Positions 37,335-49,430 of a stretch of 64,000 nt of DNA are shown one piece after another. The stretch lies in NCBI RefSeq assembly GCF_036365525.1, contig NC_090399.1:31280430-31344429 (forward strand), read 5' to 3'. The notes below the pieces were generated by a model. That model saw nothing but the letters and a program-made list of their open reading frames with translations. It searched no databases and was not told where the DNA came from. This stretch comes from Heterodontus francisci (lineage: Eukaryota). A program made the position numbers and the translations under genes. The first letter of the stretch is position 1; each line of letters opens with the position of its first letter.

Positions 37335-37862
37335 TTGGCTCCGAGACAGATCTTCATTGCCACATTCGCTCAGCAGCCCAGTGCACTGGTAAGAATCTGC
37401 TCCATTTCCCTGCGTAAATTATCCTCAACTCGGTTAAACAGTACAGCTTGAATACTGCTAAAAGTGCTGCTGCTTAAAGCCATCGTATAACATTCAAGGT
37501 TAGCACAAAGTATCAAGTAGCACATTTTAATTACAAACTTCAACAACAAGTCGATAATTGTTTCTACATTTTAATGATGGTGGCAGAACCTGGTCTGAAG
37601 TACACCAGGAGACTCCACACGAATCTGTGTGTATCTCCTTGGAGCTTATTTTATCCATACTCCAGTATACTCTTTATCAGACATCTGGGTGACCACAAAA
37701 TGCACATTGATAAATTGTTTGCAACTTTAGCCCATGTCCAATTTGGAGGACGTGGTGACAGTCACGGTGGACAGTTGCTGTCTTGCATATTTACATTTAA
37801 AAAAATCATTTTGAGCAGATTGCATAAATGTCACAAGGTCACCAGATCGCTTGGGTGAAAAG
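37335..37862 (+). pseudogene. Degenerate gene H: leader ~37335-37388 and V-set exon ~37573-37862
   Basis: APRQIFIATF/SAAQCT G|gtaaga; STPGDSTRIC...QFGGR/VTVTVDSCCLAYLHLKKSF*AD. Confidence 0.55.
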
Positions 37863-38729
37863 GTCTCTTTATTCCATCTGATCTCCTCCATGCATAAATA
37901 TTCACCTCTACAACCTTCCCGTAACAGTATCCAGTTGTTCTCTAATTGAATACACCAGAACCCTTCCTGGTCATATTTTCCAGCTGCTAATTACTGTCAG
38001 TGCAGAAATATCTATTGCTAATTAGACATTAATCTTTAACTTGAACGGGTTCATTAGCTTAAATTCCGACTTAGAATTACATAAATGAAGGGTACAGCCA
38101 TTGCTTTCTTACCTGATTCATTGACATGCTTTGAGACTGAGGGTCACGTCTCACTGTGAAGTGAATGAGAAAGAAGTGTATGTGAAGAGCATAACATTTC
38201 AACCCACAAAGACACAAACTGAGAATATATATTTCAAATGCTGATTTATTTAACCTTGCATCTATACAATGTTGCCATTTCAAAACAAAGGAAAACGTGC
38301 CAGAAGTTTGGTTCTGCAGTAAAATTGTTCATGGAAGTTTAGCTGCAGGGTTTCGGGGAAAGAGAAGGGGAGTGGCACTTCTTGGATAGATCTTTCAAAG
38401 GGCCAGCACAGGCGCAATGGGATGAATGCCCTCCTTCTGTGCTGGATCATTCTATGATAGTAGCAAGATCATGGCAGCACTGCAGCCTCAGCTCCCCCTT
38501 CCGAGGATGTATCATTCTCACTTGGGCATATACCCCGGTTCTTTTATATGTGCTGTGTCAAAATCCTGAAATTATCTATCCAGTGCCATTGTGGTAACAT
38601 TATCACTACAGATGCACAAGATAAAGATTGATGATTACCTTCTTGGAACAACTAGGGTTGGATCAAAATGTGACCCTATTAACCTTACCAAACCAAATTA
38701 AAAATCACACAGTGACATTACATAGAATC

Positions 38730-39428
38730 TGTTGGATTTTTCAGCGGCAATGTTGGCAAAACTGTTAGTGCTCACCGTCATTACTCCACTGAAGCTGACA
38801 ACAACTTTGGAGACCGCACACGTGCAGAATAACAGAAATGAAGAAGTTGCTGCTAGTATTCTACACTTCTCCAGAGGGTGTGCTGTTGAGGCTTCTCCAG
38901 GCGACAATTAACGGGAATTCACTGAAATGACCAGAGATTCCACTCTTACACTTTTACTCTCCACTGTAAAGACCTTAGAAAAGTTGCACCTTGTTGAATG
39001 TGATGTAATTGGGTTTTTGACGGGATTCGAACTGCATAGTTACTGCTAAAATCCGTCACTGATTCAGAAAAACTAATTTTCTATTTGTGGAAGGTCAGAT
39101 TTCTCCATAATGATAAAAACAACTAAAATTATATATTTCGAAGTTCGTTTATCTTTATTTTAGCTGCTTCGTGGACCAATCATTAATAATTCATTTTGCT
39201 AGCTGAAACATTGACCTAAAGGTGAAGGGATTCGATGCTTTTAATTTTCTCGTTCGCTGTCTGCGAGAATACTTCAATGCGATTGCTATTTTGCGTCTTG
39301 CTATCTACAGGCGCAAGCCTGGAATTCCTTTTGATTAGGCGCAAGATTCAAACTGACAAAGGGGAATTTAATGCCACAGAGATCGCCAGATAAGGACAAC
39401 TTCATTTGAAGGTAGCAAAATCTGAACC
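38730..39428. mobile_element. Non-autonomous DNA transposon with imperfect TIRs
   Basis: gttggatttt ... aaaatctgaacc termini; interrupts a TM reading frame that rejoins on removal. Confidence 0.6.
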
Positions 39429-40114
39429 AAGGAATTATATAGTAATGTCACGCAGCACGATCCAACTCAAAGTGAGCTCTTCAAAGTCAGCATTCTCATT
39501 TGAGCCTCCAGCTGTTTTATAATCTCTCTGAGTGAGAATGATAACTAGGAGTCAGTTTCTATCAAATTACAAATCGTTTTGTCCTCCTGAGAAGATGGGG
39601 TAAAAACTAGTCTGGGGTGGTGGGGCGTGGTTAGAGGGAAGGGGTGGGTGGGGGGAAGGAGATCACAAAATATTGGGTGTGTTGGATCGACCTGTGGTTT
39701 TCTCCACTGACTTCAATAAATTTTAACATAAAGCAGGGCGTATAATTGACGGCTGATGAGGCACCGCCTGTTCCACCCAAGATGAAAGTGTGCACTGATA
39801 AAAGGTCTTTGTACTTATAGATTTTAGGACAGGCAAATACATAGTCAATTAATAACTGCTTGACTCAAATTCAGGAGGTTACGGGACAAAGCTGATAATA
39901 AAGCACATCGTCCACCCCAAAGGATGTTGTTTTTGTATTATTCACCTGTTGTGTTAAGCTCTTCATATCCATAATCTCGCCTGCAAAATTAAGGGGGAAA
40001 TTTTACATGGTTTGAGAATAAAAGGCACATAATAAAACAGTTCTGATTTGATAGCTTGTTAACTTCCAGAAAGTTGGATATAAAGAAATAACCTTTAGAA
40101 TCTCAATGTGGGTT

Positions 40115-41545
40115 TGTTTTTATTTGTTTGGGGCATGTGGGCATTGCTGGCGATGCCAGCATTTATTGTCCATTTCTAATTGCCCTTCTTGAACCGCCGC
40201 CATCCTTAGGGTGTAGGAATAACCACAGTGCTGTTAGGAAGGGAGTTCCAAGATTTTGACCAAGTGACCACGAAGAAAGAGCAATATAGTTACAAGTCAG
40301 GATGCTGTGTGGCTTGGAGGGGAACTTGCAGGTGGTGGTGTTCCCATACATCTGCTGCCCTTGTACGTTTAGGTGGTAGAGGTCACGAGTTTGGAAGGTG
40401 CCGCCGAAGGAACCTTGGTGAGTTGCTGCAGTGCATCTTGTAAATAGTACACATTGCTGCCACTGTGCATCGGTGGTAAAGGGAGTGAATGTTGAAGATG
40501 GTGCATGGGGAAACAATCAAGCGGGCTGCTTTGTCCTGGATGGTGTCAAGCTTCTTGAGTATTGTTGGAGCGGCACCCATCCAGGCAAGTGGAGAGTATT
40601 CCATCACAATCCTGACTTGTGACCTGTAGATGGTGGACAAGCATTGGGGAGACAGGATGTGAGTTATTCAGCCTCTGAATTCCGAGCCTCTGACCTGATT
40701 TTGTAGCCACAGTATTTAGGTGGCTGGTTCAGTTCAGTTTCAGGTCGATGGTGACACCCAAGATGTTCATAGTGGGAGATTCAGCGATGGTAATGCAATT
40801 GAACGTCAAGGAGAGATGGTTAGATTCTCTCTTGTCTGAGATGGTTATTGCCTGGTACTTGTATGGTTTGAATATAACTTTCCACTTATCAGCCCAAGCC
40901 CAGATTTTGTTCAAGCTGCATATGAACATGGACTGGGAGTCGCGAATGGTGCTGAACATTGTGCAATCGTCAGTGGACATCCCCACTTCTGATTTTATGA
41001 TGGAGCGGAGGTCATTGATGAAGCAGCTGAAGCTGGTTGGGCCCACCCTGAGGAGTACTGCAGTGATGTCCTGGGACTGAGATCATTGACTTCCACACCC
41101 AGAGCCATCTTCCTTTGTGCAACGTATGGCTCCAACCAGCAAAGATCCCCCACCCCCACCCCCAATTTCCATTGACTCCAGTTTTGCTAGGGCTCCTTGA
41201 TACCATACTGGGTCAAATGCTGTCTTGATGTCAAGGGAAATCACTTTCATCTCACCTCTGGAGTTCAACTCTTTTTGCCGTGCTTGGAACAAGGCTGTAA
41301 TTCGGTCAGGAGCTGGTGGAACCCAAACTGAGCATCAGTGAGCAGGTTATTGCTGAGCAAGTGCCGCTTAATAGCACTGTCGACGCCACCTTCCATCACT
41401 TTGCTGATGATCGAGAGTCAACAGATGGGACAGTAGTTGGCCAGATTCAATTTGTCCTGCTTTTTGTGGACAGAACATACCTGGGCAATTTTCCACTTTG
41501 CTGGGTCTATGTTGTAGCTGAAATGGAACGGCTTGGCTAAATGTT
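40115..41545 (-). mobile_element. L2/Crack-like LINE
   Basis: ORFs 40383..40640, 40729..41046 (GPTSFSCFINDL...MSTDD), 41083..41292, 41418..41651 (WKIAQVCSVHKK). Confidence 0.9.
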
Positions 41546-42260
41546 CCACAAGCAAACATCTCCACCCCACACGCACCCGGCCCGCACCACTACCCCCCTC
41601 CCCCCCCCCCCCCCCCGCACCCCCACCCCACACCCCGTAGTATTTCAACACAACGTGCTTTCCAACATGCCATTATTTACGAATGCTGGTTTCAGATTGG
41701 TACCTAGTTATATTGTCTAAATCTGCATTCATCAACAGTGCCGAGCTTATCGGAATCCCAATACAAGATACACTGGCCCATTACTTTGGCTGATAACATA
41801 CAAATGGTACTTTCAGTGAATTTTGAAATTTTCCTAGTTGTCCTCTTTATAAGAATTTTATTTGCACGGAACCTATAGTTATACTGCAGTGGGTGTGAAA
41901 CAGAAGAGGTGTGAAATGAACAGCAAAATTCAGGAATGCCAACACGGTCTGATTCCCAGCTCCTCAGTCCTACCACAGCTCAGCGGTAATAATCCCTATC
42001 CCACGTGCGATCCAGGAATCCAACCTGCATCTTCCAAGGTATGGATCAGTAACACGCTGATAGTCTGTTTCATCACAATTGGTGAAGAATCTAGCTCATT
42101 GTCAACTTCCCGTAATCGAACAGTCTTTTAACAGTTGACAGACTGTCACATAAATTTGCAGGAATAAAAAGCTTGCAGACACACAGGCTTGGGCTAATAT
42201 CGTGATTACAGGAAACAAGACATTTGGACAGTAAGCCCATATCTAGTACAGTACTTTTTA

Positions 42261-44279
42261 ATGATATATAGAGGAGCAAATCTGCTTAACTTCTTAATTG
42301 CGTTATTTAGCATACTCTGGAACTGGGGAAATAAAGAATTCTTTCTGACCTATTCGTCGCTATGGTGTCAAAAGAAAAAAAAAACCGAAACTGAAATTGA
42401 ACTCAACAAAATCCAATTTAGAGAAATTCTTGACTCACTCTAAATCATCATATTCCGAAATCGCGTTCAGAGGAGGTTGCTGTTGTAAATAATCTATCTG
42501 TATCGTTGCGTATTGTATCCAGTCTCTTGCAGTTTTCTGTTTAAATATAAAGGGTAGATTAGACTGGATTGGTCAGATACGTTGTGCCCTACACAAACCC
42601 CTATGCTGACACTCTTTATTTGTTGATATTTGTGCAAGTAATTAGTCTTTCCATCTCTTTAAACTGTGGTAGATTTTGAGAAAAAAAATAGGCTAGGTAA
42701 TCAAACTGCAAAGTATAGATGAGCTCAAACAAGAACTTGATATGTATTTTTTTATAGCGACAGAGTAGGGATGGAGGGATCTGATGAAAATGTTTGAAAA
42801 GTATAAGTTCATTAGAGATAGTCAGCACGGTTTTGTGAAGGGTAGGTCGTGCCTCACAAACCTTATTGAGTTTTTTGAGAAGGTGACCAAACAGGTGGAT
42901 GAGGGTAAAGCCGTGGATGTGGTGTATATGGATTTCAGTAAGGCGTTTGATAAGATTCCCCACGGTAGGCTATTGCAGAAAATACGGCAGTATGGGATTG
43001 AAGGTGATTCAGAGCTTTGGATCAGAAATTGCTTGCTGAAAGAAGACAGAGGGTGGTGGTTGATGGCAAATGTTCATCCTGGAGTTTAGTTACTAGTGGT
43101 GTCCCGCAAGGATCTGTTTTGGGGCCACTGCTGTTTGTCATTTTTATAAATGACCTGGATGAGGGTGTAGAAGGGTGGGTTAGTAAATTTGCGGATGACA
43201 CGAAGGTCGGTGGAGTTGTGGATAGTGCTGAAGGATGTTGTCGGTACAGAGGGACACAGATAGGCTGCAGAGCTGGGCTGAGAGATGGAAAATGGAGTTT
43301 AATGCGGAAAAGTGTGAGGTGATTCACTTTGGAAGGAGTAACAGGAATGCAGAGTACTGGGCTAATGGGAAGATTGTTGGTAGTTTAGATGAACAGAGAG
43401 ACCTCGGTGTCCAGGTACATAAATACCTGAAGGTTGCCACCCAGGTTAATAGGGCTGTTAAGAAGGCATATGGTGTGTTAGCTTTTATTAGTAGGGGGAT
43501 CGAGTTTCGGAGCCACGAGGTCATGCTGCAGCTGTACAAAACTCTGGTGCGGCCGCACCTGGAGTATTGCGTGCAGTTCTGGTCACCGCATTATAGGAAG
43601 GATGAGGAAGCTTTGGAAAGGGTGCAGAGGAGATTTACTAGGATGTTGCCTAGTGTGGAGGGAAGGTCTTCCGAGGAAAGGCTGAGGGACTTAAGGTTGT
43701 TTTCGTTCGAGAGAAGGAGGAGGAGAGGTGACTTAATAGAGACATATAAGATAATCAGAGGGTTAGATAGGGTGGATAGTGAGAGTCTTTTTCCTCGGAT
43801 GGTGATGGCAAACACGAGGGGACATAGCTTTAAGTTGAGGGGTGATAGATATCGGACAGATGTTAGAGGTAGTTTCTTTACTCAGAGAGTAGTAGGGGCG
43901 TGGAACGCCCTGCCTGCAACAGTAGTAGACTCGCCAACTTTAAGGGCATTTAAGTGGTCATTGGATAGACATATGGATGAAAATGGAATAGTGTAGGTCA
44001 GATGGTTTCACAGGTCGGTGCAACATCGAGGGCCGAAGTGCCTGTACTGCGCTGTAATGTTCTATGTTCTATATCTGATAAAGATTTGGACTTTCTGGCC
44101 CTCTTACCCCCTTCCGGTTCTTAACAAGATCGCATAGTCGAAGAACTAGATATTTTGAAATATTTAATTTCTAATTTGTATCAACATAGGTAATTGCCAA
44201 ATATATTACTCGATTTGATACAGTTGACAGATTATGTTCTGTTGTGACGTGCTTTTGCTACTGCAGAAAAGCTTGAGAG
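42261..44279 (+). pseudogene. Degenerate gene J: leader-like ~42261-42327, V-like ~42360-42620, TM exon 44190-44279
   Basis: MIYRGANLLNFLIALFSILWNW; KYKG/RLDWIG; aacatag|GNCQIYYSI*YS*QIMFCCDVLLLLQKSLR G|gtgatt (90 nt, phase 1-1). Confidence 0.42.
42790..44072 (+). mobile_element. CR1 (HER1-like) LINE, young, RT to 3' tail
   Basis: [41 protein letters not shown], 253-aa C-terminal ORF; (atgttct)n tail. Confidence 0.96.
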
Positions 44280-45474
44280 GTGATTTGGACAAAGTGCATC
44301 TGATCAGTTGCCTACAACCTATGATTTTAAAAGTGTAGTTTGATCAGGAGAAACATGTGTCAAATCACGTGTGTTAACGGTGAGAGTTCCGCCTCGAAAT
44401 GTATTGAAATTAAAGATTGTGCTTCACACAGTTTGCGATAAACTGTACACTTAATATTGCTGCTTACCTGATTTTGTGACTTGATTGCAGAAATTTCGGC
44501 ATCTACAAGTACAAAATATAACGTATAAAAATGCCAATGGAGTTTAATAAAAAAAAGGCATAGCACAACATTCAGATTGATAGATTAAAGTTTGAATGGT
44601 AATAGATGGATAGGTAGATAGAGAGAGACCATAGATTTATTTGAGGTACAGCTCAGCCATGATCTAAATGAATGGCAAAACAGGCTCGAGGAGTTGAATG
44701 ACCTATTCCTGTTGCTATGTTTCTATAACGTCTGACCATGACGCTCAGGGTGTCCAGAGCTCTTCTCAGAGTGTTAATCACTGACAGTCTAATAACTATT
44801 TTTACGAAAGTAAAGAAACAGCAAGGTTCCAGAAGCAGCAATTAGATAAATGACCAATTCATAATTTTTCTATGTGTTTGCACGTGTGGGTGTGTTTCAT
44901 TAAAGAGCTTTAGGTAGGATGCTGAAATCATGACTTGTTTTTTTTTCAAAAATCCACAACGTACACCTGAACAAATAGGCAAGGCTTTGGTCTAATCTTC
45001 TCCAAAGTATAGAATATCTGGCAATGTAACACACTCTCACTCCTGCACAAAGACACAATTATCTACTAAACTCCTGAAGTAGAATACTGGAGGCAGAATT
45101 CATCTGATTTACCACATCAAAATAGATAATTACTATAATGGTTGATCCATTTTGTGTTCATTATAATGAAGGATACGTCCATTTTGTTGCATTCAGTGTT
45201 AGGTAAAGCATGGGTTCAATGTAGATCTCAAGAAAGTACCTCCAGTGTAACATTTCATTTCCCACAACAGCCATTTTCTCTGGGGTGGCGGGGCAGAGGG
45301 TGGGGGTAATTGTCCATTTAGTAGCAGGTTTTGAGTAATTTTCTGATGTGGACCAGGCACAGTGGAGATGTAATTGAGGCAATCCAGACTCATTTCATAT
45401 ATCACATTGAGACCCAACAGTAGGGAAGGATTTAATCTTATCTGTCTGGACTGTACTCAATTTTTAAACATTCG

Positions 45475-45800
45475 TTTTTGGGATATGTTAGGCGCTGCCT
45501 AGGGCAGCATTTATTGTCTATCCCTAATCGCCCTTGAACTGAGTGGTTTTCTAGGCCATTTCAGAGGGCATTTATAAGTCAGCCACATTGCTGTGGGTCT
45601 GGAGTCACAGGTAGGCCAGATCAGATTTCCTTCCCTGAAGGTCATTAGTGAGCAAGATGAGTTTTAGCGACAATCGACAATGGTTTCATGGTCACCATTC
45701 GACTAGCTTTTTTAAAATTCCAGATATATTAACTGAATGCAAATTAGCCTAGGCTCTGGATCATTAGTCCAGTGACATTACCACGACGCCGTGGTCTCTC
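45475..45800 (-). mobile_element. SINE sharing its 3' tail with the L2/Crack-like LINE
   Basis: Tail gcagcatttattgtctatccctaatcgcccttga matches the LINE 3' end; body similar to 8495-8760. Confidence 0.7.
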
Positions 45801-45855
45801 CTAAATCAAGATAGTAGACCTATGGCACTGCATCACAAGCTCCTTTCTGTACTCA

Positions 45856-46274
45856 GCTGTAACTCAGTGAATGGAAATGTTTCATCTCTGAAACAGAAAT
45901 TTGTGGATTCAAGCCCCATTGGAGATACTTTCATACGAAATCCAGCTGACACTCTCGTGAGGTGCTGAGGGATTGTTGTACTGTTGGAGGTATTATCTTT
46001 CAGTAAAATTTTAAACCAGGGTGGGCGTAAAATTTCCCATGGCACTATTTTGAAGAATGGGAGATTTCTCTTTGGCGCCCAGACCAATATGTTTCCCTCA
46101 AAGAAAATCACTAAACCTTATCATTATCACATTGCTGTTCATGGGACCTTGCTGTGCACAAATTGGTATTCCTTACAGTGCATCAATAACGACACTTAAA
46201 AGTATTTTGTAGTATGTAAAGCACATTTACATCTCCTGGGATTGTGAAAGGCTCAATATAAATGCAAGTTTCTT
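45856..46274 (+). mobile_element. tRNA-derived SINE (SacSINE1/DeuSINE-like)
   Basis: tRNA-like head gtaactcagtg...ggattcaagccc; tail gtgaaaggctcaatataaatgcaagtttctt; related copy at ~55690-56030. Confidence 0.7.
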
Positions 46275-47874
46275 ATGACACTGGAGCAGAGTCTTATCAT
46301 ATCACTGGTACTTGCGAACCTACAAAGGATACCTATTTCCAACAAATAATATACTTTAGGGAAAGATGAGGAAGACTGAAGAGGCCCGCGTCAGTATGTA
46401 GACGTGTATATTTGTGATAATTCGAATGAACACAATCCTTTTTTAGGCATGCCAGACATCTAAATTCATTCTTATTAAGTTACTTGCCCATTACGTTATT
46501 TAACGAATCATTGAATTCCTTTACACTGTTTGGGAAAAAAAGGAAAGAATGTCATGCATTATAAACAGAAAAAGTAAAACGATAGTACTCAATTCTACAT
46601 TAAATTTTGTACAGCTAGCTTAATATTATAGCGAGCAGTCCAAGTCTGGAAATGCACCAGGCAATGTGAACCTTTTCCTGGAGGATTAAGGGTCAATACT
46701 TCCAACATCAGAAGGACCATAGAAAAATCTCAGGGAATGTTGGGCAGGCCAAAATTAAAGGAAACCTGCACACTCCAGGTACTACAAGAGTAGTGGCCAA
46801 TCTCAAAGACATGTCTGGATAAGCAAGGTAGCATGTCTAGCCTTGCCTACCAAACCCATCTTAAATGGCCAACACTGGCAAAAAACGTTAATCTTGAACA
46901 AATCATATTACTATACCATTGGTTGTAATATTGACAACAGGTACGTTTGGAGAAATCTTACTTACTGGTGGGAGACCCACGGGATCAGAGGGAATGCCAG
47001 TTTTGCGTCCTACCCAATAGTACTCTCCAGGGAATGAAATGACCAGTAAAATTAGGTGGTATGTAAAAGTTGCTTTGGGTAGCTGATGGATAGGTCAATT
47101 GCCCCATTGGTTTTACACAGTACTTAAACTTCCTATTGAAAAGTAATCTAGGGCATGATATAAAGCTGGCAATCCATTGATTCCAATGGGAATTAAACCT
47201 GGCAGAGTGTAATAATGGGTGGCTGAACATTTAACACCCATTTTAGGACCCCGAGGGTGTTATGTTTTATGCTCAAGTGGCATAAACAGGACAAAGAGAT
47301 GCACAGTTACGACTGTTGGAATCATGTTGCACCAGAGAAGTAACTGACATGTTAACCAGCTCCTATGAACATCCTGATCTCTCTGATCTAAAATAGTGAA
47401 CAAACCTACATATGAATGTGTCAACATGTTCAACACCAACAGCACACAACTCGAGTAGAACTCACTGGGATAGAAATTTGCCTTGCTTCATAGTATTCTA
47501 TGCATGGTAGCACCTCGCCTGCCTGTTAAAAGTCCACTTGATATTAAAGTCGACTGAAGGCTATCGTATGCCTGTAAATTGTTTGCCCAATTTTTTAACA
47601 GAGCCATTAGCCAATTTAAAATAAACCAGTTAATGCTTCACAGTGTTCAGATGAAAGAGTTAAAAGTTGTTCTGTCAATTGTGGAAATAATCATTTCTAG
47701 GTTATATGTTTTAAGATAAAATAAAAACGTTGAGGTGGCTCAATATATTTTGGATAATGCTGTGTATAAGTAATGCAAAGTCCTGGTCAATGAAACATCA
47801 TTTTATATCCCTTCCCCATGATGCAGTGTTGCACTCGGAGGTCAGGGTACAGCAGCAGCCGGAGGTGCAGTAAA

Positions 47875-48815
47875 CACAAGAACACACAAGAAATAGGAGA
47901 AGCAGTAGGCCATATGGCGGATCGAGCCTTCTCCACCATTCAATACGATCTTAGGCTTCAACTCCATTTGACCGCCCGCTCGCCATATCCCTTGATTTGC
48001 TGAGACACCAAAAATCTTTCTATGCCAGCCTTAAATGTATTCAATAATGGAGCATCCACAACCCCCTGAGGTAGAGAATTCCAAAGATTCACAACAATTT
48101 GCGTGAAGTAATTTCTCCTCATCTCAATCCTAAATGATTGGCCCCTTATCCTGTGACTGTGCCCCTCTGTTTTAAATTCCACCACCATCTGAAACAATCT
48201 CTCAGTGTCTACCCTATCCAGCCCCCTTGGAATCTTATATGTTTCAATGAGATCAGCTCTCATTCTTCTAAACTCCAGTGAATATATCCCAAATTTACTT
48301 ATATCTATTCTCTTATCATAGGAGAACCCCCTCATCCCAAGGACCAAACTTCGCTGCACTGCCTCCAATGCAAGTATATCCTGTCTCAAACGTGGAGACC
48401 AAAACTGTACACAGCATTCCAGATGTGGTCTCACCAAAACCCCGTACAATTGTCGCAGTAAACGTCCCGTCATTGGAATGCAAATAATTGGCTGTTTCCC
48501 CTTGGTGGAGAGTCTCAAAATTGAGCTCATAGTCTCAGGTTAAGGACGGGCACATTTTGGACTGAAATGAGGAGAAAGGTCTTCACTCAGAGGGTTGTGA
48601 GTCAGGGACGTTCTCTACACCAGAAAGCTGTGAATGCTCTGTCATTGAACATATTCAAGACAGTGGTCGATAGACTGTTGGACACGAGGGAATCAAGGGA
48701 TATGAGAATAGCATGGGACAGTGAAGTTGAAGTAGAAGATCAGTCACGATCTTATTGAATGGAGGATCAGCCTCGAGGGCCATATGGCCTACTCCTGCTC
48801 CTATGTATTAACTTC
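47875..48815. mobile_element. Two CR1 3' fragments, head-to-head (- ~47875-48470, + ~48490-48815)
   Basis: ORFs 47958..48530 (-) and 48567..48758 (+). Confidence 0.88.
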
Positions 48816-49430
48816 TTAGTGACCTCAATACCAAGATGGCGATATTATCACCCAGTGAATCAGTGTCAGAATGTCCTGCATTTCTCTAAGCCATCCATGC
48901 TGTCTTTGGGACTGTCATTGCCAATTTAATGCCAGCTTTTGCCAGATTATGACCGGATCCCTGCTGTGGACCCTTTCACACTGAGACCTGGCTGAAGGCT
49001 ACACCAGGTTTGTTTCACTTAGGATGCCTAGAGCTCACAAACACACGCTGGATGGATTCCAACTGACCCAATTGTTGAAAGAATAGGCTATTACAGCACC
49101 GTACCCTCTGTCTCCAGAATCAATTAAGTTTTGTTTTATTTGACAACATTGAACAAGGGTGAGGGGTGAAATGAAACATCTGATGCGCACATATGTGCAG
49201 AGCTCTTTTCTCTGGTCATGAGCATGCTGACTCAACCTTATGCTCAGCAAATACTGGTCTCAAATCAAAGTCACTTCTATTTTTAGACCACCCTCCCCTT
49301 TACGCTTCTTACCTTACATCATTACACAGCCAATATCAGTTCACAGCCACGCAAAACGTTTCGTGCAACTTTCCCAATGCTAGTGCTGTTACTCCAAAAA
49401 AATGCCTGAAATTTTAAACTTTGGCTGGAA

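Larger units (their letters stand above)
38689..42073 (-). pseudogene. Degenerate gene I: leader 42073-42025, V exon 41872-39946 split by a LINE, Arg-TM exon 39586-38689 split by a DNA element
   Basis: MKQTISVLLIHTLEDA G|gttgga; ESTICML...ILYW; FYY(C)A...DYGYEELNTT G|gtgaat; LTLSWIVLRDITI*FL[insert]ILCNVTV*FLIWF G|gtaagg. Confidence 0.5.

Noticed and set aside
38708-38740. cacagtg heptamer as a V(D)J recombination signal (also at ~11876 and ~14989)
   Set aside because: No acaaaaacc-like nonamer at 12- or 23-bp spacing and not adjacent to a V end
43235-43996. Longest ORF (253 aa) as a host gene
   Set aside because: It is the C-terminus of CR1 ORF2 in a truncated, frameshifted LINE copy
45856-45925. 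tRNA gene
   Set aside because: Degenerate tRNA-like head of a SINE; no intact cloverleaf
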